Below, piece by piece: positions 10,905 through 22,494 of a stretch of 61,361 nt of DNA. Both the position numbers and the translations under genes were made by a program. Each line of letters opens with the position of its first letter. The first letter of the stretch is position 1. Source of the stretch: Chiloscyllium plagiosum (taxonomy: Eukaryota); assembly GCF_004010195.1 (NCBI RefSeq), contig NC_057718.1:31343-92703 (forward strand), read 5' to 3'. The notes under the pieces are model-generated. The model was given only the letters and a program-made list of their open reading frames with translations. It did not search any database and was not told the origin of the DNA.

Positions 10905-13620
10905 CCATCCTGGTACAAAGTTCTTGGTCATGGGCTCAGCAATCCCATCACTTGCTTCTTTGAATAACCTGCAGACGGTACCTTCATCTGAAATGTAATC
11001 CTCTTCAGAAGTCCAAACACTCTTTCTTTGTTGGTCTCAAAGTTTCGTGGCATTTTAGCCTGTCCTATGTGAATCTCATGATCCTCCACATCGATCCACT
11101 CGTTGAATATCAAAGCTAGGTATTCACTTGGGATATCACCCAATCCTCTGTGTCCAAGCGCAAGATCCCTCCTTTATCATTGAGTTGTCCTACCGACTTA
11201 CTAGTTATCATCTTGCTTTGAAATTATTGTTCAAATAGAACATAGAACACTACAACGCAGTACAGGCCCTTCGGCCCTCAATGTTGCTCTGACTAATGGA
11301 ACCAATCTGAAGCCTATCTAACCTACACTATTCCATTTTCATCATATGTTTATCCAGTGACCATTTAAATGCCCTTAAAGTTGGCGAGTCTGCTACTGTT
11401 GCAGGCAGGGCATTCCACGCCTCGACTACATTTTGTGTAAAGAAACTACCTCTGACATCTGTCCTATACCTATCATCCCTCAATTTAAAGCCATGTCCTC
11501 TCGTGCTAGCCAAAACCATCTGAGGAAAAATGCTCTCACTGTCTATCCTATCTAACCATCTGATTATTTTTTTAGATTACTTACAGTGTGGAAACAAGTT
11601 TTCCGGCCTAACAAGTCCACACCGAGCCACCGAAGCGCAACCCACCCAGACCCATTCCCCTACATTTACCCCTCCGCGGGGAGAATGTGCAAACTCCACA
11701 CAGAGAGTCGCCTGAGGCGGGAATTGAACCCAGGTCTCTGGTGCTGTGAGGCAGCACTGCTAACCACTGTGCCACCGTGCCACCCACAATATTATCGTAT
11801 GTGTCTCAGTTAGGTCACCTCTCAACCCTCTTCTCTCTAATAGAAACACCCTCAAATCCCTTAACTTTTCCTCTTAAGACCTTCCTTCCATACTAGTCAA
11901 CATCCTAGTAAATTGCCTCTGAACCTTTTCCAAAGCTTCCACACCTTATAATGTAGTGACCAGACTGTACGCAATACACCAAGCGCGGCCGCACCAGTGT
12001 TTTGTACAGCTACTTCATGACCCTGGTGGCTCCCAGACTCAATCCCTCTACCAATAAAAGATAATATGCCTTCTTAATAACCCTGTCCATCTGGGTGGCA
12101 ACTTTCAGGGATCTATGTACATGGACACCGAGATCTCTCTGCTCATCTACACTGCCAAGAATCTTACCATTAGCCCAGTATTCTTTATTCCTGTTGCTCC
12201 TTCCAGTGTACATCAACTCACACTTTTCTGCATTAAACTCCATTTGCCAACTCTCAGCCCAGCTCTGCACCTTTATATATCCCTTTGTGACTTGCAACAT
12301 CCTTCAGCAATGTTCACAACTTCACTGACCTTAGTGTCAGCTGCATATTTACTAACCCATTTTTCTACACCCTCATCCAGGCCATTTATAAAAATGACAT
12401 ACAGCAGTGGACCCAAAACAGGTCCTTGCAGAGCACCACTATGAACCAAACTCAAGAATGAACATTTCCCATCAGCCACCACCATCTGTCTTCTTTCAGC
12501 TAACCAATATCTGATCCAAACTGCTGAAACACCCTCAATCCCATGCCTCTGTATTTTGTGCAATAACCTATCGTGGAGAAGCTTACCAAATGCCTTGCTG
12601 AAATCCATATACACCACATCATCCACTTTACCCTCATCCACCTGCTTGGTCACCTTTTCAAAGAACTCAATAAGTTTTGTGAGGCACAACCAACCCTTCA
12701 CAAAATCATGTTGACTATCCCTAATCAACTTATTCCTTTATAGATGATTATAAATCAAATCTTATGTAATCTTTTCCAACGTTTTGCCCACGACTGAAGT
12801 AAGGCTCACTGGTCTATCATTACCAGGATTGTCTCTAACTCTCCTTCTTGAATAATGGGACAACATTTGCTATCCTCCAGTCTTCCAGCAGTATTTCTGT
12901 AGACAATGATGACATGAATATCAAAGGTAAAAGCTCTGCAATCTCCTCCCTGGTGTTCTAGAGAATCTGAGGATAAATCCCATCCGGCCCAGGGGACTTA
13001 CCTATTTTCGCACTTTACAGGATTTATAAACCTTCTCCTTGTGAACCTCAATCCTTTCTAGTCTAGTAGCCTATACCTGAGTAATCCCCTTGACAGCATT
13101 GTATTTTTCCAGGGTAAATACTTGACATTCTTTTTAATCTTCTTGCCACGGACATTTCATGGCTCCTCATTGTTCTCTTAATTTCCTGCTTGAGTTCATT
13201 CATGCATTTTACTTCATATTCCTCATGGCACCTGTTTGATTTTAGATCCCAAACTTTACATTTTATTTCTTTCTATTTTTGACTAAATTTAGAACCTCTG
13301 TCGTCATACCTTATCATCTTTGTCCCTCCTCCTCACTTGAACATGCTGGTCCCGAATTCTGATCAGTCTCGGTCTCCATGTGTCAAATGTGGACTTGTCC
13401 AATAACAGCTTGCCCCAATTCACACCCCTAGTACCTCCCTAAAACTGTCATAATGTGCCCTGCCCTAGCTTAATATCTTTATTTAAAGTCCATACCTATT
13501 CTTATTCATCGTTATCTTAAAACATATATAATTATAATCACTTTTTCCAAAATGCTCTGCTAGTTTTAGGTCAGTCATCTGGCCAGGCTCATTTACAATA
13601 GAATGTCCAGTTTGGCGTCT
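10905..13620 (-). mobile_element. Nested CR1 fragments: a younger copy at 11236-13105 inside an older, highly decayed copy
   Basis: (TAGAACA)n tail at 11236; ORFs 12273-12728 and 12010-12300 give RT motifs (YMDFSKAF, LGPLLY, YAADTK); flanks give weak CR1 EN/linker peptides. Confidence 0.85.
11572..11785 (-). mobile_element. HE1/V-SINE, internally deleted
   Basis: Reverse complement of the tRNA-like head (tggcacagtgg, ggttcaattccc) and of the CR1-derived tail seen at 15265-15583. Confidence 0.85.
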
Positions 13621-13654
13621 ACTCCCATTCCAAAAACTTTCAAGTGTGGATAGC

Positions 13655-14310
13655 ACACTGCTCACTGGTTAACACTGCTTCCGTGCAGCACTAGGGACCT
13701 ATGTTCGGTTCCACCCTCCAGCAATTGTCAGTGTGCAGTTTGCATATTCTCCCCATGTTTGCATGCATTTCCTCCCACAGTCCAGAGGTTGTGTAAGTTA
13801 GGTTTATTTTCACTGGAAAAAAGGAGATTTGAGGGGGGGACCAGATTGAGGTTTACAAAATCATGAAGGGTACAGACAGGGTGGATAGAGACGAGCTTTT
13901 TCCAGGGTGAAGGATTCAATAACGAGAGGTCATGCTTTCAAGGTGAGAGGTGTAAAGTTTAAGGGGGATACACATGGCAAGTACTTCACACAGAGGATGG
14001 TAGGCATTTGGAACACGTTGCCAGCAGAGGTGGTAGAGGCAGGCACGGTAGATTAATTTAAGATGCGTCTGGACAGATGCATGAGTAGGTGGGGAGCAGA
14101 GGGATACAAATGCTTAGGAGTTCACTGATAGGTTTAGACAGTACATTTGGACCGGCTCAGGCTTGGAGAGCTGAAGGGCCTGTTCCTGGGCTGTAAATTT
14201 TCTTTGTTCTTTCTTTGTTGTTTGTATATAGAGGTTAGGTGAGTTAACCATTCTATGAGGGTTGCAGAGGTGAATCCAGGCAAGATGCTCTTCAAAGGTT
14301 AGTGTGGACT
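13655..14310 (+). mobile_element. Old V-SINE (13655-13800 and ~14225-14310) split by a CR1 3' fragment (~13800-14220)
   Basis: V-domain-like tgtgcagtttgcatattctcccc; CR1 3' end with (TTCTTTG)n tail. Confidence 0.75.
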
Positions 14311-15264
14311 GAAAGTGCGAAATTGCATGGTTTCACATTATGTGTATTCTATGAAGCCATTTTGGAACACTCAACATATTCTGACCCATCTATGCCTCTC
14401 GCTCCAAAGAAGTCCCAGTCAGTAATAGAAATATTAAAAATCACCAATATGAAAATCCTGTTGTTTTTGAAACTTTCCATAATCAGCCAACATATCTGTA
14501 CTCAATGTTTTGTGTCATAATTCCATCAGAGTAATTAGAACTTTTTGTAAAGCTCCAGCCATATTGCCTCAGTAGATGACCCCTCCAATTTGGCCTGTCT
14601 GAGTGTAGCTGTGACCTTCTCCCTAATTAATAATGCAACTCCTTCAACTCCTTCGCCTCACTCTCTATGTTGTCAAAAACATCAAAATCCTAGAACTTTG
14701 AACAGCCAGTCCTATCCATTTCTCAAGTGGGTCTATATAATGGCAAGGATATACTCATCTAAGCTCTGAACTCATCTACCTTACCCATAATACTCCTTGC
14801 ATTGAAACGCGCGCACACACACACCATGCAGCCTGTGCACTCGATGGAGCTTGCGTATCATGGGGAGGCCCTAAGCAATTGAAGTGCCTGCATCAGCTGT
14901 TTGGTCTGAATCAAGGTATGCTTAAGATTTGAAGCATCTGCATCAGTTCTTACAACCATGCTGTCCAGGAAAGACTCATCATCTGCGTGCTGCTCATCTA
15001 AACGAGTGTTACTTTCCAGCACATTTTTAAAATTCTTAATGGGAATAGGTTCCAGCTGGTTGAGCCAGCATGTTTTGTGCATTCCTGTTTGCGAGAGGGC
15101 AGTTAATAGTTCGTCACATTGTTCTGCATCTAAAGTCACATGTCGGCCAATCCAGGTAAGGTCGGTAGTTTCCCCCTGTACATGGCATTCGTGAACCAGA
15201 TGCTTTTTCTTTCCTCACAACGGACATAGAGTCACCATGCCCATAATCATCATTAGACAATGGT

Positions 15265-15583
15265 GGGCGGCACGGTGGCACAGTGGTTAGCACTGCTGCC
15301 TCACAGCGCCTGAGACCCGGGTTCAATTCCCGCCTCAGGCGACTGACTGTGTGGAGTTTGCACGTTCTCCCCGTGTCTGCATGGGTTTCCTCTGGGTGAT
15401 CCGGTTTCCTCCCACAGTCCAAAAGATGTGCAGGGTCAGGTGAATTGGCCATGCTAAATTGCCCGTAGTGTTAGGTAAGGGGTAAATGTAGGGGTATGGG
15501 TGGGTTTCGCTTCGGCGGGTCGGTGTGGACTTGTTGGGCCGAAGGGCCTGTTTCCACACTGTAATGTAATCTAATCTAATCTA
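15265..15583 (+). mobile_element. Full-length HE1 SINE (tRNA-derived V-SINE)
   Basis: A box tggcacagtgg, B box ggttcaattccc, central V-domain tgtgtggagtttgcacgttctccccgtgtctgc, CR1-like tail ggccgaagggcctgt, (AATCT)n end. Confidence 0.93.
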
Positions 15584-16745
15584 AAAAAAAATTAATTACA
15601 AAGTTTTTTTAAAAATTCAAATTTCACCATCTGCAGTAGCAGAATTGAACCTGGGACCTGCACAGAAATTTCCCTTGGTCTTTATATGAACAGTCCAGTG
15701 GTAGGCCATCTCCTGAACCATTTTCCTTGAATGTAATGGCATTTCAAATGCTCATCCAAGAATTTTTAATGGTTTGAGCCTACCTTACTACTCACCAGCT
15801 CCCCCAGTCAGTAACAACCCAGAAATTGATCATCCTGTTGGTGATTTTTTTTTCAAAACCGCTCTAAACGTTATAACTTTCACCTTAAATTGATTCCCCT
15901 TGTCATTGAACTTCAGCAACAGGGAAGAGTTGCATTTTCACAAATCTAATGCCATTCGTAACCATTTACATCTCCTATACATCCCACTCAACTTTCTCTG
16001 CTCTAATGAAACAACCAAAGCTCCTCCATCTTCCCTGCAAAGTTGAGTTACTTCACCCCGGACATCATTGCAGTGAATTTCCTGCTTCCCTCCCATGCAT
16101 TCATATCCTTCCTATTGTGCGGTTACCTGAACAGCCCACTGTACTCCACGTGTACATAGAACATTACAGCGCAGTACAGACCCTTCGGCCCTTGATGTTA
16201 CACCGACCGTCATACCAATCTGAAGCCCATCTAACCTACACTATTCTATGTACGTCCATATGCCTGTCCAATGGCGTGTGGTCTGACCGAAGTTCTGTAC
16301 ACATAGCCTTACGGATTTTATCATCTTTTGTTAATGTTTATAGTTTCTATACTGAATTTTAGAGCACAGTTGCAAACACAGGTAGCATTTAATATTAAAT
16401 GATTGCCCAACCTTAAATTTGCAGCCGAACACCTTAGCGCAGCATAACCGAATTCAAACAGAGTCCCTTACATTTTGAATCTAATTACTTATTGGCGACA
16501 GTAAAATGTAGGACAGTTTTGAAACAATATCAAATCGAGAGGTATAGCTGACTGTGTAGTGAACACTATGCTGACTGAATATGTTGATTAATTAGCACAT
16601 TTCAGTGCTAAGCATTGTCGCCACAACAGTGAATTAATTCCCTGTCACACTCTGATTCCTTTTGGAATTTGTTTTCTTAATAAACATAATACACAAAAGC
16701 ACAAAAATGCTGTAACATCACCGTCACAGATGTGATCCCTCAGGG

Positions 16746-16754
16746 TATAAATTA
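16746..16754 (+). promoter_or_regulatory. Candidate TATA box of the GPCR gene
   Basis: TATAAATTA 87 bp upstream of the ATG at 16833, in unique sequence. Confidence 0.5.
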
Positions 16755-16832
16755 AAGACACTAGCAATGTATGAGATCACACTTTCATGGAAAGAGGTCA
16801 CCTGCAAGGCACAGACTAGCTCCATATGGAAA

Positions 16833-16899
16833 ATGATTGAAGCATTTTACACTGTTTTGAAAGTATATTACACGATTCTTGGTGTTATTGGTGTTTTTG
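16833..16899 (+). CDS. GPR139-like orphan GPCR, coding exon 1
   Basis: MIEAFYTVLKVYYTILGVIGVF (start of TM1), then a phase-1 donor G|GTAAGT at 16900. An alternative in-frame ATG lies at 16767. Confidence 0.82.
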
Positions 16900-17515
16900 G
16901 TAAGTGTGTACAACCATTGAAGCTTTGTGATCTTTATAAGAGCTAAGTTCTAATTTGACATGATGCCTGACGACATTCCATTATCATGGTCTGCATAATA
17001 TGGAAATTCAATCAGCATTATTATTTTGTTTTATTTCAAGTATCATCAAATATCTCTGTGGTTTTATTCTATGTAACTGACATTAATTTCTCTCAAAGCT
17101 TCTACCTGTTTCCGGTCCTGGTAGGTATTGTTGGTTGCCTACTTTGAGAACGTCCTTTCACTCACTTCTCTTTACATTTCTAACTGCATGGTTTAGCTCA
17201 GTACACCAGTAATTCCAGTATGAGATGTTGACTGCGTGTCCAAACTTCTTCTGACCTGCTACCCTATATTGCTCAGTGCCTGCCCTAGTTTCCCTCTTCC
17301 ATCTGCTCCTGCGGGTGCTGCTAACAGCCTATCCTGCCTTCCTTTACTCGCCTGATCCTCTCGATGTTTTTGATTTAATCTCTCTGCTTGATTAACGTCT
17401 GTACTCCTCCAGGTGCTGTTGAAACTTCTCCCGATTTTTGGCTCTCCTCTCCATCCTTAGCTGCTGGTGTCTGTTTTGGGATCCTTTTCCCGCCATCAGT
17501 TTCAGAACGCCACCC

Positions 17516-17762
17516 CTTCATCAACCACCTGATGAAGGAGCAGCGCTCTGAAAGCTAGTGCTTCCAAATAAATCTGTTGGATTATAGCCTGGTGTTGTGT
17601 GATTTTTAACTTTGTCCACCCCAGTCGTGTTAGGTGAAGGGATAAATGTAGGGGAATTGGTCTGGGTGGGTTGCACTACGGCGGGTCGGTGTGGACTTGT
17701 TGTGCCGAAGGGCCTGTTTCCACACTGTAAGTAATCTAATCTAAACACGGCACCTCCAAATC
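17516..17762 (+). mobile_element. PLE-type terminal fragment with hammerhead motif, split by the 3' half of an HE1 SINE (~17628-17743)
   Basis: CAC-CTGATGA-A-GGAGC-AGC-GCTCT-GAAA-GCTA-GTG at 17526-17560; SINE tail ends in (AATCT)n. Confidence 0.75.
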
Positions 17763-17848
17763 TATAAGAATTGCTGACATTAAGCTTCGGGTGACTATAT
17801 TAATTTTTCTTTTATTTCTCTTTCATGAATTGTAAAATTTATCATACT

Positions 17849-18115
17849 AGGTAAAAACAAGGACTGCAGATACTGGAAACCAGATTCTAGATTAGAGTAG
17901 TGCTGGAAAAGCACAGCAGGTCAGGCAGCATCCGAGGAGCAGGAAAATCGACATTTTTGGCAAAAGCCCTTCATATGGAATAACACCCTGTGAAGGGCTT
18001 TTGCCTGAAACATCAAGTTTCCTGCTCCTTGGATTCTGCCTGACCTACTGTGTTTTTCTAGCAGCACTCAAATCTAGACTCTTGTTTCCAGCATCTGCAG
18101 TCCTTGTTTTTACCT
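17849..18115. mobile_element. Symmetric fold-back PLE-derived element (arms ~125 bp)
   Basis: aggtaaaaacaaggactgcagat... is the reverse complement of ...atctgcagtccttgtttttacct; degenerate hammerhead cores flank the centre. Confidence 0.85.
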
Positions 18116-18130
18116 GTATTAACCATTAGC

Positions 18131-18350
18131 TGAAAATGTGTTGCTGGAAAAACGCAGCAGGTCAGGCAGCATCCAAGGAGCAGGAGAATCGACGTTTCGG
18201 GCATGAGCCCTTCTTCAGGAATCCTGAAGAAGGGCTCATGCCCGAAACATCGATTCTCCTGCTCCTTGGATGCTGCCTGACCTGCTGCACTTTTCCAGTA
18301 ACACATTTTCAGCTCTGATCTCCAGCACCTGCAGTCTTCACTTTCCCCTC
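18131..18350 (+). mobile_element. Fold-back PLE-derived element with two opposed hammerhead motifs
   Basis: 14 bp TSD tattaaccattagc at 18117-18130 and 18351-18364; ~90 bp inverted arms plus a ~35 bp unpaired 3' tail. Confidence 0.9.
18219..18256 (+). ncRNA. Minimal type I hammerhead ribozyme motif
   Basis: GAATC-CTGAAGA-A-GGGC-TCAT-GCCC-GAAAC-ATC-GATTC: stem I 5 bp, stem II 4 bp. The triplet is AUC here and GUC in the minus-strand arm. Confidence 0.75.
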
Positions 18351-18476
18351 TATTAACCATTAGCCAATTCACAGTGACTAACTCCTGTTTTACAGTTATA
18401 ATATAGTTATTATGGGTCTCATACCAGATACTTTGATTAATAACTTCAATGGTGCTTACTTTTATCTCTACTATAG

Positions 18477-19378
18477 TTAATCTACTAGGAATTATGATCC
18501 TGTCCTGTGGCAAGTGTGGCCTCTCCACATGCACCACATGCTACCTGATGGCAATGGCAATGGCAGATCTCCTTTCCATTATCATGGTTGTCATACTCTG
18601 GGAGATCAGTTGGTATTATCTCCCTTGGACATTTTTGCACATAACTCCTGTGTGTACAGCAGTTGCTGTCCTGATGTCTGCAGCCGTAGATTGTTCTGTT
18701 TGGTTTACTTTCACTTTCTCCTTTGATCGATTTGTGGCCATTTGTTGCCCAAAGCTGAAAATAAAATATTGCACGAAGAAATCTGCATCAGTGGTTCTAA
18801 CTACAACCTGCATTCTGCTGTGCATTAGGAACATCCCCTTCTCCTTTATCTATGAACCATGGAAGATAATCAACAACGTTCCGTGGTACTGTGACCTAAA
18901 GCCAAGCTATTATGTTGATCCAGGTTGGGTGGCATTTGATTTGTTTGATAAAATTATAAACCCATTGCTTCCTTTTGTTCTAATCCTGTTGTCCAACACA
19001 CTGATGGTAAGACACATTGTGGTGACTAGTCGAGTCCGCAAGGAACTGAAGAGTCAAAGAAAGGGGGGATGTCTCAATGACCCAGAGATGGAGAGCAGAA
19101 GGAAGTCTATGATTTTACTCTTCGCAATATCTGGCAGCTTCATCCTCCTTTGGTTGGTGTATGTTATTGAATTAATTTATCGTAACATTACAGGAAAAGA
19201 TCCTGAGAATTACAATGATTCTGAATATGTATTTCTACATGTCAGTCAGATGCTGCGGAATTTAAACAGTTCTACCAACACATTCATTTATGGGATTACT
19301 CAATCCAAGTTCAGGCAGCAGCTCAAAAGTGCCATTAAATATCCATTAGTAGCAATCAGGCGATTAATGAAGAAATAA
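18477..19378 (+). CDS. GPR139/GPR142-like class A orphan GPCR, coding exon 2 (spliced product about 322 aa)
   Basis: Pyrimidine tract and TAG acceptor at 18475-18476 join in phase (G+TT = Val). Intact ORF with hydrophobic TM segments and YLMAMAMADL, FSFDRFVAIC, DPEMESRRKSMILL, NTFIY, KFRQQL. AATAAA overlaps the stop. Confidence 0.9.
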
Positions 19379-19639
19379 AACAACTGAGACCAATCACAAT
19401 GCATGCCTGTTCTGAATTAGTGCATATCTGTGTATGTGTGCATCAGTATATGTTCCAGTGTTTGACTTTTTGTGTGTGTGTGTGAATGTTGTATGTGAAT
19501 TTGCAAGAGTATTTCTGTCTCTACATATCTGTGTCTGTCTGTCTCCGTGTCATTGTGTGCATGTGTTGCGTTTATTTGTTTGTTTCGTTATTTTTTTTCT
19601 TCCTGCAGTTTGTCTCTGTCTGTCTTTTTTTCAAAGAGA

Positions 19640-20130
19640 ATTCACTCCTGTGCATCGCTGGCTGGCCAGCATTCATTTTGCATTCCCAGTTACCATTGAA
19701 AAGGTGTGGATGAGTTCCCTTCTTGAACAGTCCAAGTTGCAGTCCAAGTGCTGAAGGTTGACCCACAATGCTGTTAAGGAGGGAAATCCAGGAATTTGAC
19801 ATAGTGACAGAGAAGTAACGGCGATATATTTCCAGGTAAGGATGGTGAACAGCTTGGAGGGAAACATACTAGTTGTAATGTTCCCACATAGCTGCTGTTC
19901 TTACCTTTCCAAATGGAAATGGTCATGGGAGTGGAAGACATTGACACTGTCACGATGTCAAAGTCCTGGAAGTGCCTTCCGAATGACATTGCGGGTCAAA
20001 ACATAGCAGATGGACTGCGATGATTCAAAACGGTAACTCGCCTTCACATTCTCAAGGGCAACTTGGAGCAGGCAATAAATTATAGCCAGGCAGAAATGCT
20101 CACATCTCACAAATGAATGAATAATATATT
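19640..20130. mobile_element. Two old LINE 3'-end fragments in opposite orientation
   Basis: 19640-19760 resembles the reverse complement of 20005-20125 (ttctcaagggcaa...gcaataaat...aatgaatgaataa). Clade not determined. Confidence 0.45.
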
Positions 20131-20440
20131 TTTAAAAAAGTCTTCAGGAGGGAATACAATTTGCTGAAGACTGGTTTCTGGGCACACCTGCGGGAAACCC
20201 AGCTGGATCAGCCACTCAGCATTTCTGACTAAAGACCACTGCAAATGCATTAGCCTTATTCTTTGCACTAACGTGTTGGGCTGTTCTACTATGGAGGATG
20301 GGACATTTTTGCAGATAGTTCTGTTTGTGTGTGTAGCTCCATGTCCAACTAATAGTATTTACCATGTGTTTGTATGTGTGTGTTCTATGTTTATTTTTGT
20401 CATTGCTTCTGCCCGTGTCTCTGCTTATTAGTTCATGTAC

Positions 20441-21510
20441 ATAGAACATAGAACATAGAAGAATACAGCGCAGTACAGGCCCTTCGGCCCTCGATGTTAA
20501 AGATTCTCACTGTCGGCCCTATCTAAACCCCTAATCATCTTGTACACCTCTGTCAAGTCACCCCTAAACCTTCTTTTCTCCAATGTAAACAACCCCAAGT
20601 GCCTCAGCCTTTCCTCATACGATCTTCCTACCATACCAGGCAACATCCTGGTAAACCTCCTCTGCACCCGTTCCAGTGTCTCCAGATCCTTCCTATGGCG
20701 ACCAAAACTGCACACAATACTCCAGATGTGGCCGCACTAGAGTCTTATACAGCTGCAACATGACCTCAGGACTCCGAAACTCAATTCCTCTACCAATAAA
20801 ATGATTTTATAAAGTTCTTTAAGGTCACCCTCAGCCTACTACTGTGCAGGGAAAATGTCACAGACTATCCAGTCTCTCCCAAAACTCAAAACTTCCTGTC
20901 TCAGCAATGTCTTTGTAAATCATTTTTTGCTCCCTTCCCAGTTTAGTAGCTCCTTCCTAAAGCAGGGAGTCCAGAATTCCTGTTTTACCAGTATCCTCCA
21001 CAGCTCTACAATGACCACCCAATTGTTGTACTCAATGCTCTGACTGATAAAGGCAAGCGTGCCAAGTGTCTTCTTGAACATTCTGTCTACTTGTGATGAC
21101 AATTTTGAGAAACTATATATCTGCACCGTTAGGTCTCTCTGTTTCACAACACTCTCCAGGGTCTAACATTAACTGTGTAAGTCCAGCCTTAGTTTGTCTC
21201 TGCAAAATGCAACAGCTCACCTTTAATTGTATTAAAGTCCACTTGCCATTTCTGGCCCACTGACCAGTTGATCAAGAGCTCTTTGTACCCTTACATAAGT
21301 TTCTTAAGTTTCCGCCATACTGCCAACTTAAGTGTCATCTACAAACTTACTAAGCATGCTTCCGATACTTTCATCCAAATTGTTTACATTAATGCTGAGC
21401 AACGGTGTACCCAGCCCCAATCCTTCCTTCACAGCGCTGGTCACAGACCTCCAGTCTGATAAACCTTCTGCCATCAGCCTCTGTCTCCTCACATCAATCC
21501 AAGGAAAAAG
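20441..21510 (-). mobile_element. CR1 fragments (young, deleted copy at 20441-20800; older copy beyond)
   Basis: (TAGAACA)n tail; [13 protein letters not shown] and SKFVDDT peptides. Confidence 0.85.
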
Positions 21511-22494
21511 GAAAACAGCACCAAATCTGTTCAGACCTGTTGCAAGTTTCTGCGTTTCAATCAGCTCCTCTCTCAACATTCTAAAATCATTAAAGTAGCT
21601 ATGAGATCTTCAAAGGCTTCCTAGCATTTCGTTGCCAATTCAAGCTTTATCAGTTTTCATACCAAGTTGGTTAAAAGTACGGATATCATACCAAAATGAG
21701 TTTCAAATGTCTTGTAGCGTCCACACGTTCCTGAAAACCCAATTATCTCTCATTTTCGAAGTGAGAAGCCAATTAAAAATGTTACCATTGCTGTTGTTGA
21801 TGAGAGTTGTCATTGATATAAATTGTGATGGACAGTTTGTAGGACTGGCAGAATCAGTTTTAGGAGTTAGGAAATAGGTTCAAAGACAGGGTCATCAACG
21901 AAGTATAAATCTATTCTACCAGGGAGGACATTGTGCCAGATCAGATGCTAGTCAATGAAGAAAGCCATATAGAGACAATTAGAATGGGGGGAAGGGCATG
22001 TGGGAAATAATGATCAAGATATAATAAGGATCAATATTATTTGGAAATACTTACAAAACAGTCAATGATTAGGACTCCACACTGGAAAGGGCAGATCTTC
22101 AGGATAGACAAGTTGAACACAAGCAGGTTAGAAAACTAAACGTCTCAAAGGATATAACAGTGAATGAAAATTGAGAGATTTTCAAAAGAGAGATGAAGAT
22201 ACTGCAAGCTCTGTACTTACTCATAAGAAGTGAATGCAGTGTACACTGGATGAGAATGATATTAAAGAGAAAACAAGAAGAAAAAGAATGGATCTGATGC
22301 ATACCAGAATACTGATAGCAATAGAAATCAGGAAAACAATCTCAAATAGACTAAGGCAAGAATAAAGAACATTTAGAGGAAGCATGAGGAAAGGATGGTA
22401 GGCTGTGCTAAAATACATCAATCGTAAAATATTAGCAAAGGATAGATTGGGGTCCTTAAGAAACACACAAAGTAAACTATTAATTGCAGTAAAG

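Noticed and set aside
15265..15335. tRNA gene
   Set aside because: A and B boxes belong to the HE1 SINE head, followed by the V-domain and LINE tail.
18449..18476. ORF-track start MVLTFISTI for the GPCR
   Set aside because: This is the intron's pyrimidine tract and acceptor; the spliced upstream exon supplies a better TM1.
18058..18537. Recurring ORFs such as MCCWKSAAGQAASKEQENRRF (also at 29951-30286 and 57494-57691)
   Set aside because: Read-through of the palindromic non-coding PLE repeats, not proteins.
19425..19630. 106-aa ORF downstream of the GPCR
   Set aside because: TG-rich low-complexity sequence.
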